From the NCBI RefSeq assembly GCF_000150275.1, contig NW_002060943.1:12533694-12597693 (forward strand): a stretch of 64,000 nt of DNA, read 5' to 3'. The stretch is from Trichoplax adhaerens. Taxonomy: Eukaryota; Animalia; Placozoa. Shown here one piece after another: positions 26,209 through 39,069 of this stretch. Below the pieces are notes generated by a model. That model did not search any database. It was given only the letters and a program-made list of their open reading frames with translations, and was not told where the DNA came from. Every line of letters begins with the position of its first letter. The first letter of the stretch is position 1. A program made the translations under genes and the position numbers.

Positions 26209-27724
26209 CTAGCTCCTCTTGCTCTTCTTGCTTCTCATGCTCCTCTTGTTTCTCCTCTTGCTTTTCTTGCTTCTCTTGTTCCTCTTGTTTCTCTTTGAGT
26301 GATTTCTCATTCGTAGAAATAGCTTCTTCACGCTTACCTTCAGCTTGATAGACATTTCTTAGATTGTTATATGACTTTGCGACATCTGGATGGTTGTGAC
26401 CCAAAACTGATTCTTGAATGTTATAGGATTGCTCGTACATAGAAATAGCTTCTTTATGCTTGCCTTGATCATTATAGACATTTGCAATGTTGTTATATGT
26501 ATCAGCAGTACTTGGATGATTGTTGCCAAGTTGCGTCAGTTTAATGTTGAGTGACTTGTTATACATTGATAGAGCGTCATCATACTTGCCTTGACGATGA
26601 TAGACACTTGCAATGTTGTTATATGTTGTAGCAATACTTGGATGATTGTCGCCAAGTTGTGTCAGATTAATGTTGAGTGACTTGTTATACATTGATAGAG
26701 CGTCATCATACTTGCATTGATGACAATAGACAATTGCAATGTTGTTATATATATCAGCAATACTTGAATGATTGTCGCCAAGTTGTGTTAGATTAATCTT
26801 GAGTGACTTGTTATACATTGATAGAGCGTCATCATACTTGCCTTGATTATCATAGACAATTGCAATGTTGTTATATGTATTAGCAATACTTGGATGATTG
26901 TCGCCAAGTTGTGTCAGTTTAATCTTGAGTGACTTGTTATACATTGATAGAGCGTCATCATACTTGCCTTGATCTTTATAGACACTTGCAATGTTGTTAT
27001 ATGTTGTAGCAATACTTGGATGATTGTCGCCAAGTTGTGTCAGATTAATCTTGAGTGACTTGTTATACATTGATAGAGCGTCATCATACTTGCCTTGACG
27101 ATTATAGACATTTGCAGTGTTGTTATACGTTGTAGCAATACTTGGATGATTGTCGCCAAGTTGTGTCAGTTTAATCTTGAGTGACTTGTTATACATTGAT
27201 AGAGCGTCATCATACTTGCCTTGATCATCATAGACTTGTCCAATGCTGTCATATAATACAGCAATACTTGGATCGTTATTTTCAAGAATTTTCAGTTTAA
27301 TCCTTAATGATTTATTGTATTCCTTTAAAGCCTCGTCATGCTTGCCTTGATTCTGGTAGACCAAGCCAATGTTATGATAGGACTTACTGACATCAAGATG
27401 TTCACTCCCTAACGATTTTAATTTTATTTGAAGTGATTTGTTGTAATCACTCAAAGCACCCATAAAATCACTTTGAAGTCGTTTACAGTCGCCCTGGATA
27501 TCGAAACAAGAAGAAATCTTGACCTCTTCTAGTTTCTTAGCTAACTTTTCTGCTTTTTCACTGTATTCATTGGCTTCTATCAATTGATATTTTTGCAGGT
27601 AAGATTGAGCCATAGCGAGATAAATAGAATATTCAAGTTGACGACGACTATCACTACTCTCCGCTATCGATTTGATTTGAGTTACAGCTTTTTGAAAATA
27701 AAATAATGCAATTGCCTTCGCCAT
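26195..27724 (-). CDS. Intronless TPR protein (42-aa KLC/NPHP3-type repeats) with acidic E/Q/K tail
   Basis: About nine repeats of LGDNHPSIAxTYNNIAxVYxxQGKYDDALSMYNKSLKIxL; near-identical 126-bp DNA units. Probable original start at 27797 is out of frame. Confidence 0.9.
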   Translation of the reverse strand: MAKAIALFYFQKAVTQIKSIAESSDSRRQLEYSIYLAMAQSYLQKYQLIEANEYSEKAEKLAKKLEEVKISSCFDIQGDCKRLQSDFMGALSDYNKSLQIKLKSLGSEHLDVSKSYHNIGLVYQNQGKHDEALKEYNKSLRIKLKILENNDPSIAVLYDSIGQVYDDQGKYDDALSMYNKSLKIKLTQLGDNHPSIATTYNNTANVYNRQGKYDDALSMYNKSLKINLTQLGDNHPSIATTYNNIASVYKDQGKYDDALSMYNKSLKIKLTQLGDNHPSIANTYNNIAIVYDNQGKYDDALSMYNKSLKINLTQLGDNHSSIADIYNNIAIVYCHQCKYDDALSMYNKSLNINLTQLGDNHPSIATTYNNIASVYHRQGKYDDALSMYNKSLNIKLTQLGNNHPSTADTYNNIANVYNDQGKHKEAISMYEQSYNIQESVLGHNHPDVAKSYNNLRNVYQAEGKREEAISTNEKSLKEKQEEQEKQEKQEEKQEEHEKQEEQEELESLF

Positions 27725-29980
27725 GATATTTCACGCCCTTTTTGCGTATAGATTCAATCTCGTCAAATATCGTAGAATTGCTAGTCTGATTGGCCATATT
27801 TTACTTTTCAACAACAATCAAAATATACAATTTGAGAAAAATAGTCACAATTTGTCTACTCGATAGGGTTAACAATTTTGATCGCTGTACAAATGAGTGA
27901 TAAAATACGTAAAGAGCACACTATCATGGATGCTCGATGCTTTCAAATCAAGATCAGCATTACAAAGTCTATTTCAGTTAGGAACATGCTCTAATTAGCC
28001 AAATCGGATACGCCTTTATTTGTTCGCGGTTTTCAATCATTCATCCATTATTCTCTTACAATTCATCAGGATGATGGAGAAGAAATAAATTAAAGTGGGC
28101 AGGCATTCTTGTCGATACTTCTTTCTATCCGTTTTTCTAATATATCAATCATCCAAGTCAATCATTATTATAATAATAATTAAAAAACGCATCATTAGCA
28201 CAACACTAGCATCAAAATGAGTCAAATGTTGAGGCTACATGTAAAATAAGTTAAAGATTAGCATAAACATGAATAAAATAGGAACATGATAATAGCTTCT
28301 ACGCATACCAATAACGATTGAATTAATAAACTTGCTTAATACAATTTACTGCAGTTGTAAATTGATGTAGAGCTTTATACTCAAGTGGCGTGGATTACTT
28401 GTAGCTTTCCGCTATTTACCATTGCTGCCTTATACAGTACTAATCGAGACTATTTCATGACTTATTTTTCACGTCAGACAGTTGATTTAGTCGATTATGC
28501 TCATGCTTTGACATTTCTCAGCAGTCAATAAATGTAGTATCATAAAATAAACTGATATGATTATTTTCTACATTACTTCACGATCTAAAAATCCAATTCT
28601 ATTAAGTTCATACTCAAACTCAAGATATTAATTAATGCTAATTACTATATTCATCATAAAGCAGTATACTATAGCTACAGGTTGCACCTTTGACGATACA
28701 GTGTCCATCTTATTTGTCAATATTGTGGAGTAGTATACAATTCGCATTTACTTCGTTAACATTGATTGGATAATAATTTTGCATCATCAAATTGATTGAT
28801 TGATGAAAACAAAATCAATTGATGACTAATTAAACTAAGGCTAATGTATAAATCACCTGCATAGCGCATGACACTTATGGTACTTACACGAGGATAAACT
28901 AGCATTCTATTAAATGTATAAATTTTATGTAAGATATTAAGATAGACTATTTTATTGCAGGTTTAGTTTTAATCTCATATAATGCCATGCATATAAGAGG
29001 TGATCTGTATTATTTCAATTTACGATGTAAGTGACTCGCACTCAATTCACCATACAAAATCTAAATAGCACAAATCATACAAGTTAAAGCCGTAGTGTAG
29101 ATTCACCATTTCATTTAAAATCTGCAGACTTTCAATCCTATATTCAAATATCATAGTTATCACACTGATGTCGAAAACATCAGTAACTGAAATTAAATAT
29201 GTACAGTATAATGAACACGATGCGATTAAATGTATCATTAAACGAGTATATATTCAGTGACCGACTCGCTAGCTTGATTAATTAATAATATTCAAGTAGC
29301 ACCCAATTAAAATATCTTTTGTATGGTAATCTACTACTGTAACTGTAAGCTAAATTAATAATATTCATGACTAGAAAGTACAATTGAAATTTTGCAAATG
29401 AGAACTGCAATCGTAGATTATAGGCTATAGGAAAAGGGTAATGAAGAAATACTGCGCGTTATGTAATATTAATGGTGTGGTTTTGCAATATAATTGTTTG
29501 TATTTTAATTTGCGTATTTTCATTAAGCAATAGCAATTAGCAGTAAGCAATAAGAACATATTCATTGAAACTAATGACAAATAGCGACGAGTATTCAGTG
29601 TCGATATATTTTAACATTAATCTACTATATCGCACATTGCCTACCACCGACTTCTTTCACTATACACGCTTAAAGAAATACTCACATAAAGCTAACACCA
29701 ATTGCATAGCTACTAGTGTCTGCATATGGAAACTTATTTTCCATAATCGTATGGAAAGGGCAGAATTGAATTATCAAGATATATGCATATGCTATGCATA
29801 TATAGCATGCATATAGTATATTGCGTGAATATAGCATGAGCCCAATGACTTTACTCCGATTAGGATTTATCTTTGCTATTAACTCATAATATATACTGAG
29901 CATCGAGCGAGTATATTGTCAACATCAAACTGGAACTTAATTAGTTTAAGTAAATATTCATATATATAGTTCAAGTTTAC

Positions 29981-30281
29981 CATAAACCGTGGCTCTATTG
30001 ATAAAGAAATAGTTATTATTTTGATAGAGAGATTCTTGAGCCGGCAGAAGTGGAAATAGTTGCCATTTCAGAGAATGACATAAATGTCTTTAGTAGCGAA
30101 CAGATACTTTATTATAGGGTGTAATTCGCGTAAGAGTGCGGTAGTTACTAGGAAGCAGCGTGCAAGCTGTGATGAAATAATACGAGAACCACTAACACTA
30201 TAACTATTATAGCTAACGCAAACTGAGGTAGAAATCGGTAGCATTTACAGCTTTGAAGATAGAAAATATACCATACTAGTC
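29981..30281 (-). pseudogene. Possible decayed Venus-flytrap (class C GPCR / receptor guanylyl cyclase) exon
   Basis: AG..GT-bounded segment giving, in shifting frames, SGSRIISSQLARCF, LPSNYRTLTRITPYNK and LCHSLKWQ. These resemble ANF_receptor motifs (S..A.LA, YPxFxRTxP, FxW). Several stops. Confidence 0.3.
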
Positions 30282-31850
30282 TATGAAAATGGAAGAGAAT
30301 GCAATTTGCCTATTAAAGTACAAACACAAAATCTTAATTTAAATCGGTAGAATTATCTGCAAAATGCTGTATCGTAGGTTGATTTTTGATTATTTTCCAT
30401 CCAAACAGTATTGACTTAATAGTTGTTTGCAATCGTACTTAAAGTCTTCGATTCATGTATAAGATTTATTCCTTAATGTGGATTGAATATGAATAGTCTA
30501 ACAGATTTTCATTACCTTCCAACTGAAGCTGAGGAAAACTTGAACAATAACTTGATTTAAGCTTAACTTATTGTAAAGGTAGCTGCGGATAATTATCGAT
30601 ATAACCGAACAGATAATAGTGATTTTTAAGTGCACTTTGTCCTAGTACAACAAATCGCATAATTACTACTTGCTTCTGTTAATACTGTATAATGTACAAG
30701 CTGCTAGAGACAATGTAGTAACCACATGGTGGTTAGCAAGATCTTGTCAAATAAACAGACTATTTACAATGGATACGGTATGTCTTCTGTGCAATAAAAC
30801 TGCTGTTAGGTGAGCACATACTACTATCGGATAAATATTCAATCTATTACATCTTTCATGATATTGTCGCAATCAGTCAATCTTACTATATTTTATATTA
30901 GAAACCTTTTTTATTAAATATGATTCAGCTCTAGCATTACTGTAATACGTGTTGTCAACGCTAAATTTATACATTAATGAGCAGTTTTAATCATACTGCC
31001 AATGGCAACAAAATCTTACTGAAAAACGTGATACATCGATGATCTAGTATTGGTTAGTGAAGCAGCCATAACAAAATAAAGCATCCTATTCAACATTTGA
31101 AAGAAATCCTGTATTTAGTATGAAAGAAATCTATCTAATACAGATACCAAAGTTTATCCCAGATTTATAATTATTGGATTATCATAGGAATATAGTTTCT
31201 TATTCATGTACGTATCTCTTGTAATTGTAGAAATGTTTGCATAACACAAAGCAATTGATTACTATGCAACATTGACATTGTCTCAAAATAAGATGAAAAA
31301 AACGCAGTATTACTAGATAAAGCCACTTAATCTAGCAAAAGGCAATTTCGAATAGTTTATGTAAATATTGCATATCAACATTTCGTTATTTCTATTTTAC
31401 ACTACGGATTATAAGGTAAAAGTATATAACCGTAAGAGCCAAAATAACTTGAGCAATCGATGCTGCTTGTCACAGCGATATATCTTAAATGAAATTAAAA
31501 AATTTTAAAATAGAAGCAAGTGTTATAGTTCATCCTTCAATATAGTAAAATAGCACCGTAAAAGCCATGACTGAAATAAACGATAAGAAAGTAGCTATAG
31601 CACACATCATGTCAGTTTATTAACAGACCTGCTGCAGTAAAAAAATAAAATATTCTCATATTGTCAACAATATCGGTAGAACGAATATAGGATTACTGTC
31701 GGTAAATTATGGAGAGACATGTTAAATCTTGATTGCTAACACAAGATAACTATCAAATCACGTAATGTTGATCCTTTCAAGAAGCTAATTGTTAGAAGCG
31801 GCTGATTCGTTGACTTTTGCTATCCTAAATTGATTTTTCAACTATAAATA

Positions 31851-34470
31851 TTAATACCATCTTTCAGGTGTGCCAATAAGCCCACTTCGTTGAGGATTCG
31901 TAAACTTATACGTAATAATATAAAATACAAGCGGTAGAGGAATTAATCCTAACAGCACTTGAGCTGCAATAGGTGGGTTTTTTAGTCCATTGGTTGCAGC
32001 AGCAATGCCTATGGCAAGAGCCAGCCAGTGTACCACAGTTATGATGGTTAATCGCTTACTTTTGATAACATCCAGAAAAGACTAGAAACAATGGCAATAA
32101 ATTAAACAAGATCTGTTATAATCTTATGAACGATTACCTATCGATATAGTATAATTAAATTATTTTGGATATTTCATTTTACAATCAGAGAAACGATCAT
32201 CCTTTTACTGCGTCCATGCTATTTAAGGTTACTAATGGTACGCTATGTTATTTTAATTCTGTTTTAAATGATTTCTACTTTCTCGATACTTACGCTGACG
32301 TTATTGCCGGCTAAGGTATAAGCAGTTGTAAGCGTTGCTGTTACTATTACAATGTATGGAAAACCAAAATCTAGGATATCAATGATAGTTTCATTAGCAA
32401 CGTTGATAAGACAGTAGAAAACGCATAGACGTTCCATACACCAATCCCCGAAGCAATTGACTTACAAAGTACTCCACCTAGAACGGCTTGTGTAACGATT
32501 AAGAGAGGAAAAAAATACAGTGCAGCATAGATAGACTTTTTCATGCCCAAAATATTGAATTTTGAGGCAATCATTGTTCTAGCAACGGCCATCAAGATTA
32601 AAGCGATGAAATAATATTTTAGTACGATACTATACCTATAAGTGTGAACACAAAAGCCATTCAAGATGAAATCAGTTAATGTGTACAATTCATTGGATGG
32701 GGATACAAGATGATCATTAAAATTGACTGGTGTTAAGCTCAGGCTATTCACAGCCAATATATCTATATTGACAGATTATATTATATGTCTACTTACAATG
32801 GACAAACAGCTTCAGCTGCACAATGAATGGTAATTTTGTAATCGATTGTGGGATTATAAAATATTGTGTACCAGTCTGATAATTCTTTAACGCCACAACC
32901 TTCTAATGTTAAGCTACCTATATTCCATAGCGAGAAGGAATGCGCTAGTCAGTCTCAAACGCCAACGCGTGAAATAGTTCTAGCTTGTATCAATTGATCT
33001 TAGCTGATTAAACCTATCTCACTTTTGAGCAAATGTACCTTTGCACGTAATCTGCTAATGTTTCTACAGATTGCTTAAAGCTAATAAGATTTATTCGTTC
33101 CAGAATTATATCAGAATAATACAGTAAAATAATAACTTTATCATCCTTTAATTACATTAGCAGTGTAAAACTCGCCTATTGTATCATTTACAAAAAATAG
33201 TTAATTTATATGCAATTTTACCTATAGGTCGAGATGTTAGAATGGATATTATTGCAGATACGATCGCTTCAAAGATCGCAGATCCATGCCATATTGCGAG
33301 CCGTTTGCTTTAATGTGCGTAAAAGTGATCGAGAAAGTTAATTAAAAGCATAAACATTGATTAAATTGACAATCTAGTGTATTATATTATGGCTGCTTTA
33401 TGTCAACAGTTACAACATCATGACTTCGAAACGAGTCATAACTCCTTTTAGTAATATTAATCATCTATTGAAGAAAAAGAATTAGAAAGCGCCCACATTG
33501 ATTAACAGCATGGTTTCAAACTACAAAGACATAAACTGCTACTTTATGGAATCGTTAGATATACGTAAAGATATAGCAACTTCATCATTGCTAACTGGTT
33601 TACCATCACCCACATTATTCACAGAATTGACAATCTAGTGTATTAGATGATGTTTTTTCATGCCTATGGCCACAACAACAATATGGCCTCGATTTAAGTA
33701 ACAACTACTTCAAGTGAAATCAATCTTCCATTATATCATTAGAGAAAAGAATTCTTGCTTTGCTTACCTATCAGTACGAACGTAATGATCGATAAAAAAA
33801 AAGTGCAACACCAAGGAAAAGGAACTCATAAATAGTAAGAAGAGCCAGTCATAGACGATTAAGGGAAGAGCACAAGGTTGGCAAATACCCGAGGCATTGG
33901 GTCGGAATCCGCAAAGGCAAGGCTACAATATCAACAATAAGTTGACATTTATTGAATCAATAAGTGAATAGTATCTAATTGATTTATTGTCATGGACGTA
34001 ATTGATGTCCACAAACTACATTATTGATGATGGAAATAATAAAGTATCGATCTATGTAGTGCATTCCAATCAAGACAGTGAAGAAAAGGAATCATTATAA
34101 CTAACTCAAGCAATGCAATGATCTTTTAAATTGAACGCAAGAAACTACATAACAAAATAAAGAGTTGACGATCGATATCATTGCCGATTAAACTTGTCAA
34201 TTTTCGCCCAAGGATGAGAAGGATTTATGCACTTCTTGATGTTACTACTGTCCAACTTTGTTCAAGATCAATAACCAATCTCACGATTATGTCAATCATG
34301 AATCGACTGATCATTTTTAACCATTCTTCTCCTAGGCAAAGTCATATTCGATAAGACTGTTTGAAATCATTTTCCATTTTGATTATTACTTACTCCACAT
34401 GCCGTTAACTGGCCGTTTTCTAATACAGTTCTACCACAGTATTTTCCAGTACAAGCATCCAGGGCATCCG
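31851..34470 (-). CDS. JKAMP: JNK1/MAPK8-associated membrane protein (multi-exon; first coding exon not located)
   Basis: Exons 34394-34470 (ACTGKYCGRT), 33768-33922 (CQPC..YDWLFLLFM), 33222-33307, 32797-32917 (LSDWYTIFYNP..HCAAEAVCPL), 32466-32636 (KSIYAALYFFP), 32294-32370 (FPYIV), 31851-32081 (HWL..FYIITYKFTNP). Confidence 0.93.
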
Positions 34471-34729
34471 CTAACAAATACAAATAAAAGAAAGTATTTT
34501 CTTCCATTCTACTTATCGAAACATTCTTAATCTTAATCAAACAACGATATTCTTAATTGGTCAATGCTATTTGAATAAAGGTCAACATGGAATTATTTTG
34601 TCTAATATTGTCTAGCAGCATTTCTGTTTTTATTTCTTAATCAGTTGTTTATGCTTGAAGAACTCATAATGAGTGAAAAAAGAAATGATATCGATGTAAA
34701 GGTGATCGCAGTCAGAATTGGGTAGTAGA

Positions 34730-34980
34730 GTGTAGAACTAATTCAACGATCGATCCGTTGCATGGAAATAATTCCACAATTGTTTATTGCATAGAAATAA
34801 CTCAACGATCGCTCCGTTGTATAGAAATAGTTCCGCGATCTACTTATTGCTTACAAATAATTCATCCGTTGATCGGTTGTACTGAAATAGTTTCAAGATT
34901 GATTAATTACATGGGAATAACACCACGATCGATCTATTGCAAGGGCAATCAATCGATCTAGTAGAAATAATTCTACAGTC
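34730..34980. repeat. Degenerate 30-bp tandem repeat
   Basis: Recurring GAAATAnTTCnnCGATCGnT units; visible as 10-aa periodicity in the spurious ORF 34758-34961. Confidence 0.7.
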
Positions 34981-36149
34981 CAACTATTTCATATCCATCA
35001 ATGCCACTGTCAATATAAACAATTCAATATGATCCAATACAAAGAAATCCTAATTCAAAAGATCGATTAAGGCTATGGATGAAGATTCCTGGCAAAGAGT
35101 GTTGCCATTTTACCGAGATTTGGTGTAGACAAATTTTCAATTTCCGACGGTACATCTACTGGAAAATCGTTCAATTACCGATCATGAAGGATAATACCGG
35201 CAACGAATCGTCTCAATAACTTTATGTTTTGATTCATCAGCCCCTGATGACAGTTTTACTGCATCGTTTTTCAACGACTAAAATCATATCCAGTGAATAT
35301 TTCTACCCATGCATACTGTACTCTACCCTAAATAATGTTGAAGACTGTAAAGTAAACGTTAACGATATCGCTAAAGGATGGATAAAGATATCAAATGGAC
35401 GTTTAAAAGATAGCCTGAGGAAAGCTTCTTCGATCAAGAGGTTGAATGAATGACAAATGATCAATAATATATATACAACTAATAGGAAATCAATTTGTAA
35501 TCAATGTTATCGTGTAGAAGAAATGCATTCAATTCGCTAGAACAGACCGATGCACTCGCTAATGCCCTTTTCTTCCCCGATATCCGTGATGGAGACTGGT
35601 CTTTTGAAACAGAGCTACTTTATTACCTAAAGATAGAATAGAAAAACTCACGCAATGGAAATGGATTGAATGACTCAAGAGTATGGGGATTGATTTTCAA
35701 GAGTTTGTTACTCTGTAGAAAGCCTTAGCATGAGTTTATACATTTTAGAGTTCATGTTAAGCCCGAAAATGTGTCAAGTACATCATTTCAGAATGGCTAC
35801 TAATTCTCATTCATTTATTTAAATTGTCATTAGTCGATGAGCACTATTTGCTTTAATATAGTGATTGATAGCCTGGTTCCATCATGGCAGTATTACGATT
35901 AAATTTTGATGTATCTTGTCTAATATGAGATCGATGGTACTACAAGAGATCATTTTAAATTGTCTAACAGTAGTATTTTCTGCATTCCAATTGCCTATGA
36001 GTAAACTATCCATGTTGATGAAATGACTGGCCAACACCATACCGATATACAATTTCACTCCGCAATGTAAATTATCGATATTCATTTTTAAGCATTTCTT
36101 CGAACTACAGTAGAAAAGATTTAAGCCAGTCAAAGAGTAAGGTGTTCTG

Positions 36150-36880
36150 GGGAAGGGATAAATTTAGTCAAGGTGATCCTCTTGAGAAGGATGTTGAGCA
36201 ATGAATCTTTCCCAATCATTTCTAGCTAGAAAAGATGTAAGTTACTTCAACAGCAACGATTGCTAGATCAAGGAATAGATCGAATTTAGGAATTCTTTTA
36301 AGAAAGATGTCTGGCAATGAATTCTTCCCAATCCACTTTAGCTAGAGAAGAGAGCTAATTCAAAAGTAATGGTATGTCCAATCATGGAATAGATCGAGTT
36401 TAGGTAATCGTTTTGAGAAGGATGTCGAGCAATGAATTCTTCCCAATCCTGTCATACTAGAATAGACTTGAGCTTCTTCAACAGCATGGTCGTCTAATTT
36501 AGGAATAGATCTATTGAAAGCAATCAGTTTGAGAAGGATGCCGAGCAAAGAATTCTTCTAACTATTTCCTACTAGAAACGACTTGAGCCAGTTAAACAGT
36601 AAGGTATTCTCGTAAATGGATAGATGTAGTCAAAGTGATCCTCTTAAGAAGGATATCGAGCAAGGAACTCTTTCAATTATTTCTCACTAGAAAAGACTTG
36701 AGTCAGTCAAACAGGAAGATAGTCTAATCAAGGAATAGATTTACTGTAAGGAATCATGTTACGAAGGATGTAGAGTCGTGCATTCTTCCCATCGTTTATA
36801 ACACAAAAAGACTCTTGACAGCCAATTAGTAAGAGAGCCAAATCAGGAAGGGAAGGATCTACTGAAAGTCATCATTTGGA
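36150..36880. repeat. Degenerate ~116-bp tandem repeat, ~6 copies
   Basis: Anchor TTGAGAAGGATGTnGAGCAATGAATTCTTCCCAATC recurs at ~36182, 36298, 36413, 36529, 36644 and 36760. Confidence 0.8.
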
Positions 36881-37220
36881 TACGCTCATTCTTATCATTA
36901 AAATCCAAATTACGCGTAGTCCAAGTACGATATTCACAACATTTCTACAGCGTTCAATCCATGGAAATGGAGTATCTTATCAATTAATCATGTCATCTGT
37001 GTTTTAATAAGTAAGCAAGAGATCTATAGACAGAGATCGCTATAATCTCTTTCATCATGAATCATGTTGAACATCATGTTGCGGTGGTGGACTAAGGATC
37101 ATTTTAGACTTCAATCCTTCCACCGATTTCGATCGATGTCTAGACATCATTTGCGTAAACTATCAATGGAGACAATGTTAGTATAGCTATGAAGAAAGGC
37201 CTTATGACAGTGTCTAGGAA

Positions 37221-37544
37221 ATGATTTGAAGGCGTAGGATAAGATCCATTTTAGACGAAATGGTCAACATGGAGAAAATGTCGATATCAAGTCGTAAGCG
37301 TTCAGAGCGAATGGGTGATCATGGACCAATGGTACGTCGATCGCTATTTCACTTTCCGTCAAGCTAGCAATATTATGGCAGCAATGATTTGAAGGCGTAG
37401 GATAAGATCCATTTTGGACGAAATGGTCAACATGGAGAAAATGTCGATATCAAGTCGTAAGCGTTCAGAGCGAATGGGTGATCATGGACCGGCGGTACGT
37501 CGATCGCCATTTCACTTTCCGTCAAGCTAGCAATATTATGGCAG
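37221..37544. repeat. Recent 163-bp direct tandem duplication
   Basis: ATGATTTGAAGGCGTAGG...AATATTATGGCAG begins at 37221 and 37384, with few differences. Confidence 0.92.
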
Positions 37545-39069
37545 AAATGAGAACAATCTGAGCATTCGGGTTATAGCGTAACTATCTCATTCTCCTCATC
37601 GCCTCTTTGAAATGAGAAAATGAATGCCCGATTGGCAAGCCGCTGTTGCCATGATGAGTTGTTGAAGGATCGTGGGTAGACGATGGATCATCTCATGAAC
37701 ACAAATTGAAGGCCCATGGCAAATCATTTTCATTCATCTTTTACTAAGCAAACTGCGAACCATTCGCACATTCTTTGTGGAAAAGAATGTAGTAGAAAGG
37801 AGGATTATTGACTACTTGTTGTTATTAGATCAACCATGATATCGCCATCGACAAGGTTGATGGATCTTGTCGAGCAAAATGAGTCCAGGTGAACCATGAA
37901 AATAGACAGCCAAGTAAGGCCCATGTTCTACTATTAACGACAACAATTTAAACTGTAAGGATTATGATGATACAATTTTCCATCATTCTATTATCCATGA
38001 TGAGTCTCATTTAGACTGTCTTTGAACCCTCTTGGTGATCCACACACCTAAAAGAGATCGTCCATGAATCGCCATGATGTTGATCGATGATGTCCAGGGA
38101 AACTATTCAATCTGGATCATGGATAGAGACAGTCGTGATTCTCCGTGGATTATAAGAGTTTAAACGACATGGATAATCAGTGCAACACCTCTACTGTAGT
38201 CTATCATCCCTAACTAGTTCAACTGTTACTGTCTTTTAAGTCTCTTCGTCATCCACTCTTACAAGATCTTCCATCCTATCGCTATCAACAGGCCAAATAG
38301 TCAACCTGAATCTCAACATCGACAGCCATGTTTCCCCTTCCTATTCCACTCGATACCACTTACCTTGTGTAAGAAATGAGAGTAGAAAGCCAACCAACGC
38401 TACGGCTATCATGTTGAATCCCAGCAGATGTCTGGAGCTCATTTCTTTCCACTTAATTACGCTTTAACGTGCATCCAAGGTGGATTTTATTGGCACCATC
38501 TTGATCATCTACAACGCCGATCGGAATGAGCCTGGACGGGATTCTTGTCGCTAGGTGATAGCCAACCACTATGGCTATCCTATGTATCATACATCGCTCG
38601 TATCCCTGTCATTCTCCTATAGTTTTTGTCTCTCTCTTTCAATGGACAGGTGTAGAGGTCTTTAGGCCAAATCCTTCTTTCGCTGATTGGATTATACAAT
38701 GACTATGGATATTTCCCTACTGAACGGAATAGGAGAGTATGATGGTAGTCAAGGTACTGAAACAGTCCAAATCTAGTCGAGGATCACACCGAGGCAAGAC
38801 TCCATATCTACACGGACAGTATGCCCGTGCTAGGATAAATTAGCGGGTACGCTATAAATGGTCGTCAGCGCGTTCGTTGACAATATGCAATGAAAGAAAG
38901 TAGACTAGTTACTGAGCCACATCGGATCAAATAGTCCATTAAAATGACTGGCAAGAGCATTAGATCATGCCAACTACTCAAATTAAGGAGAAGATGGCTC
39001 TCTAGCAATGCGAGGATGGATCTCTATCCTTCTTCCCAATAGGAATGGTGGCAATTGCTCATTTTGAAG

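Noticed and set aside
33360-33735. Intronic snoRNAs in JKAMP
   Set aside because: A diverged local duplication (AATTGACAATCTAGTGTATTA twice) with a C-box-like word but no matching D box or H/ACA structure.
34669-34701. Possible + strand first exon MSEKRNDIDVK|GT
   Set aside because: No downstream exon partner or homology identified.
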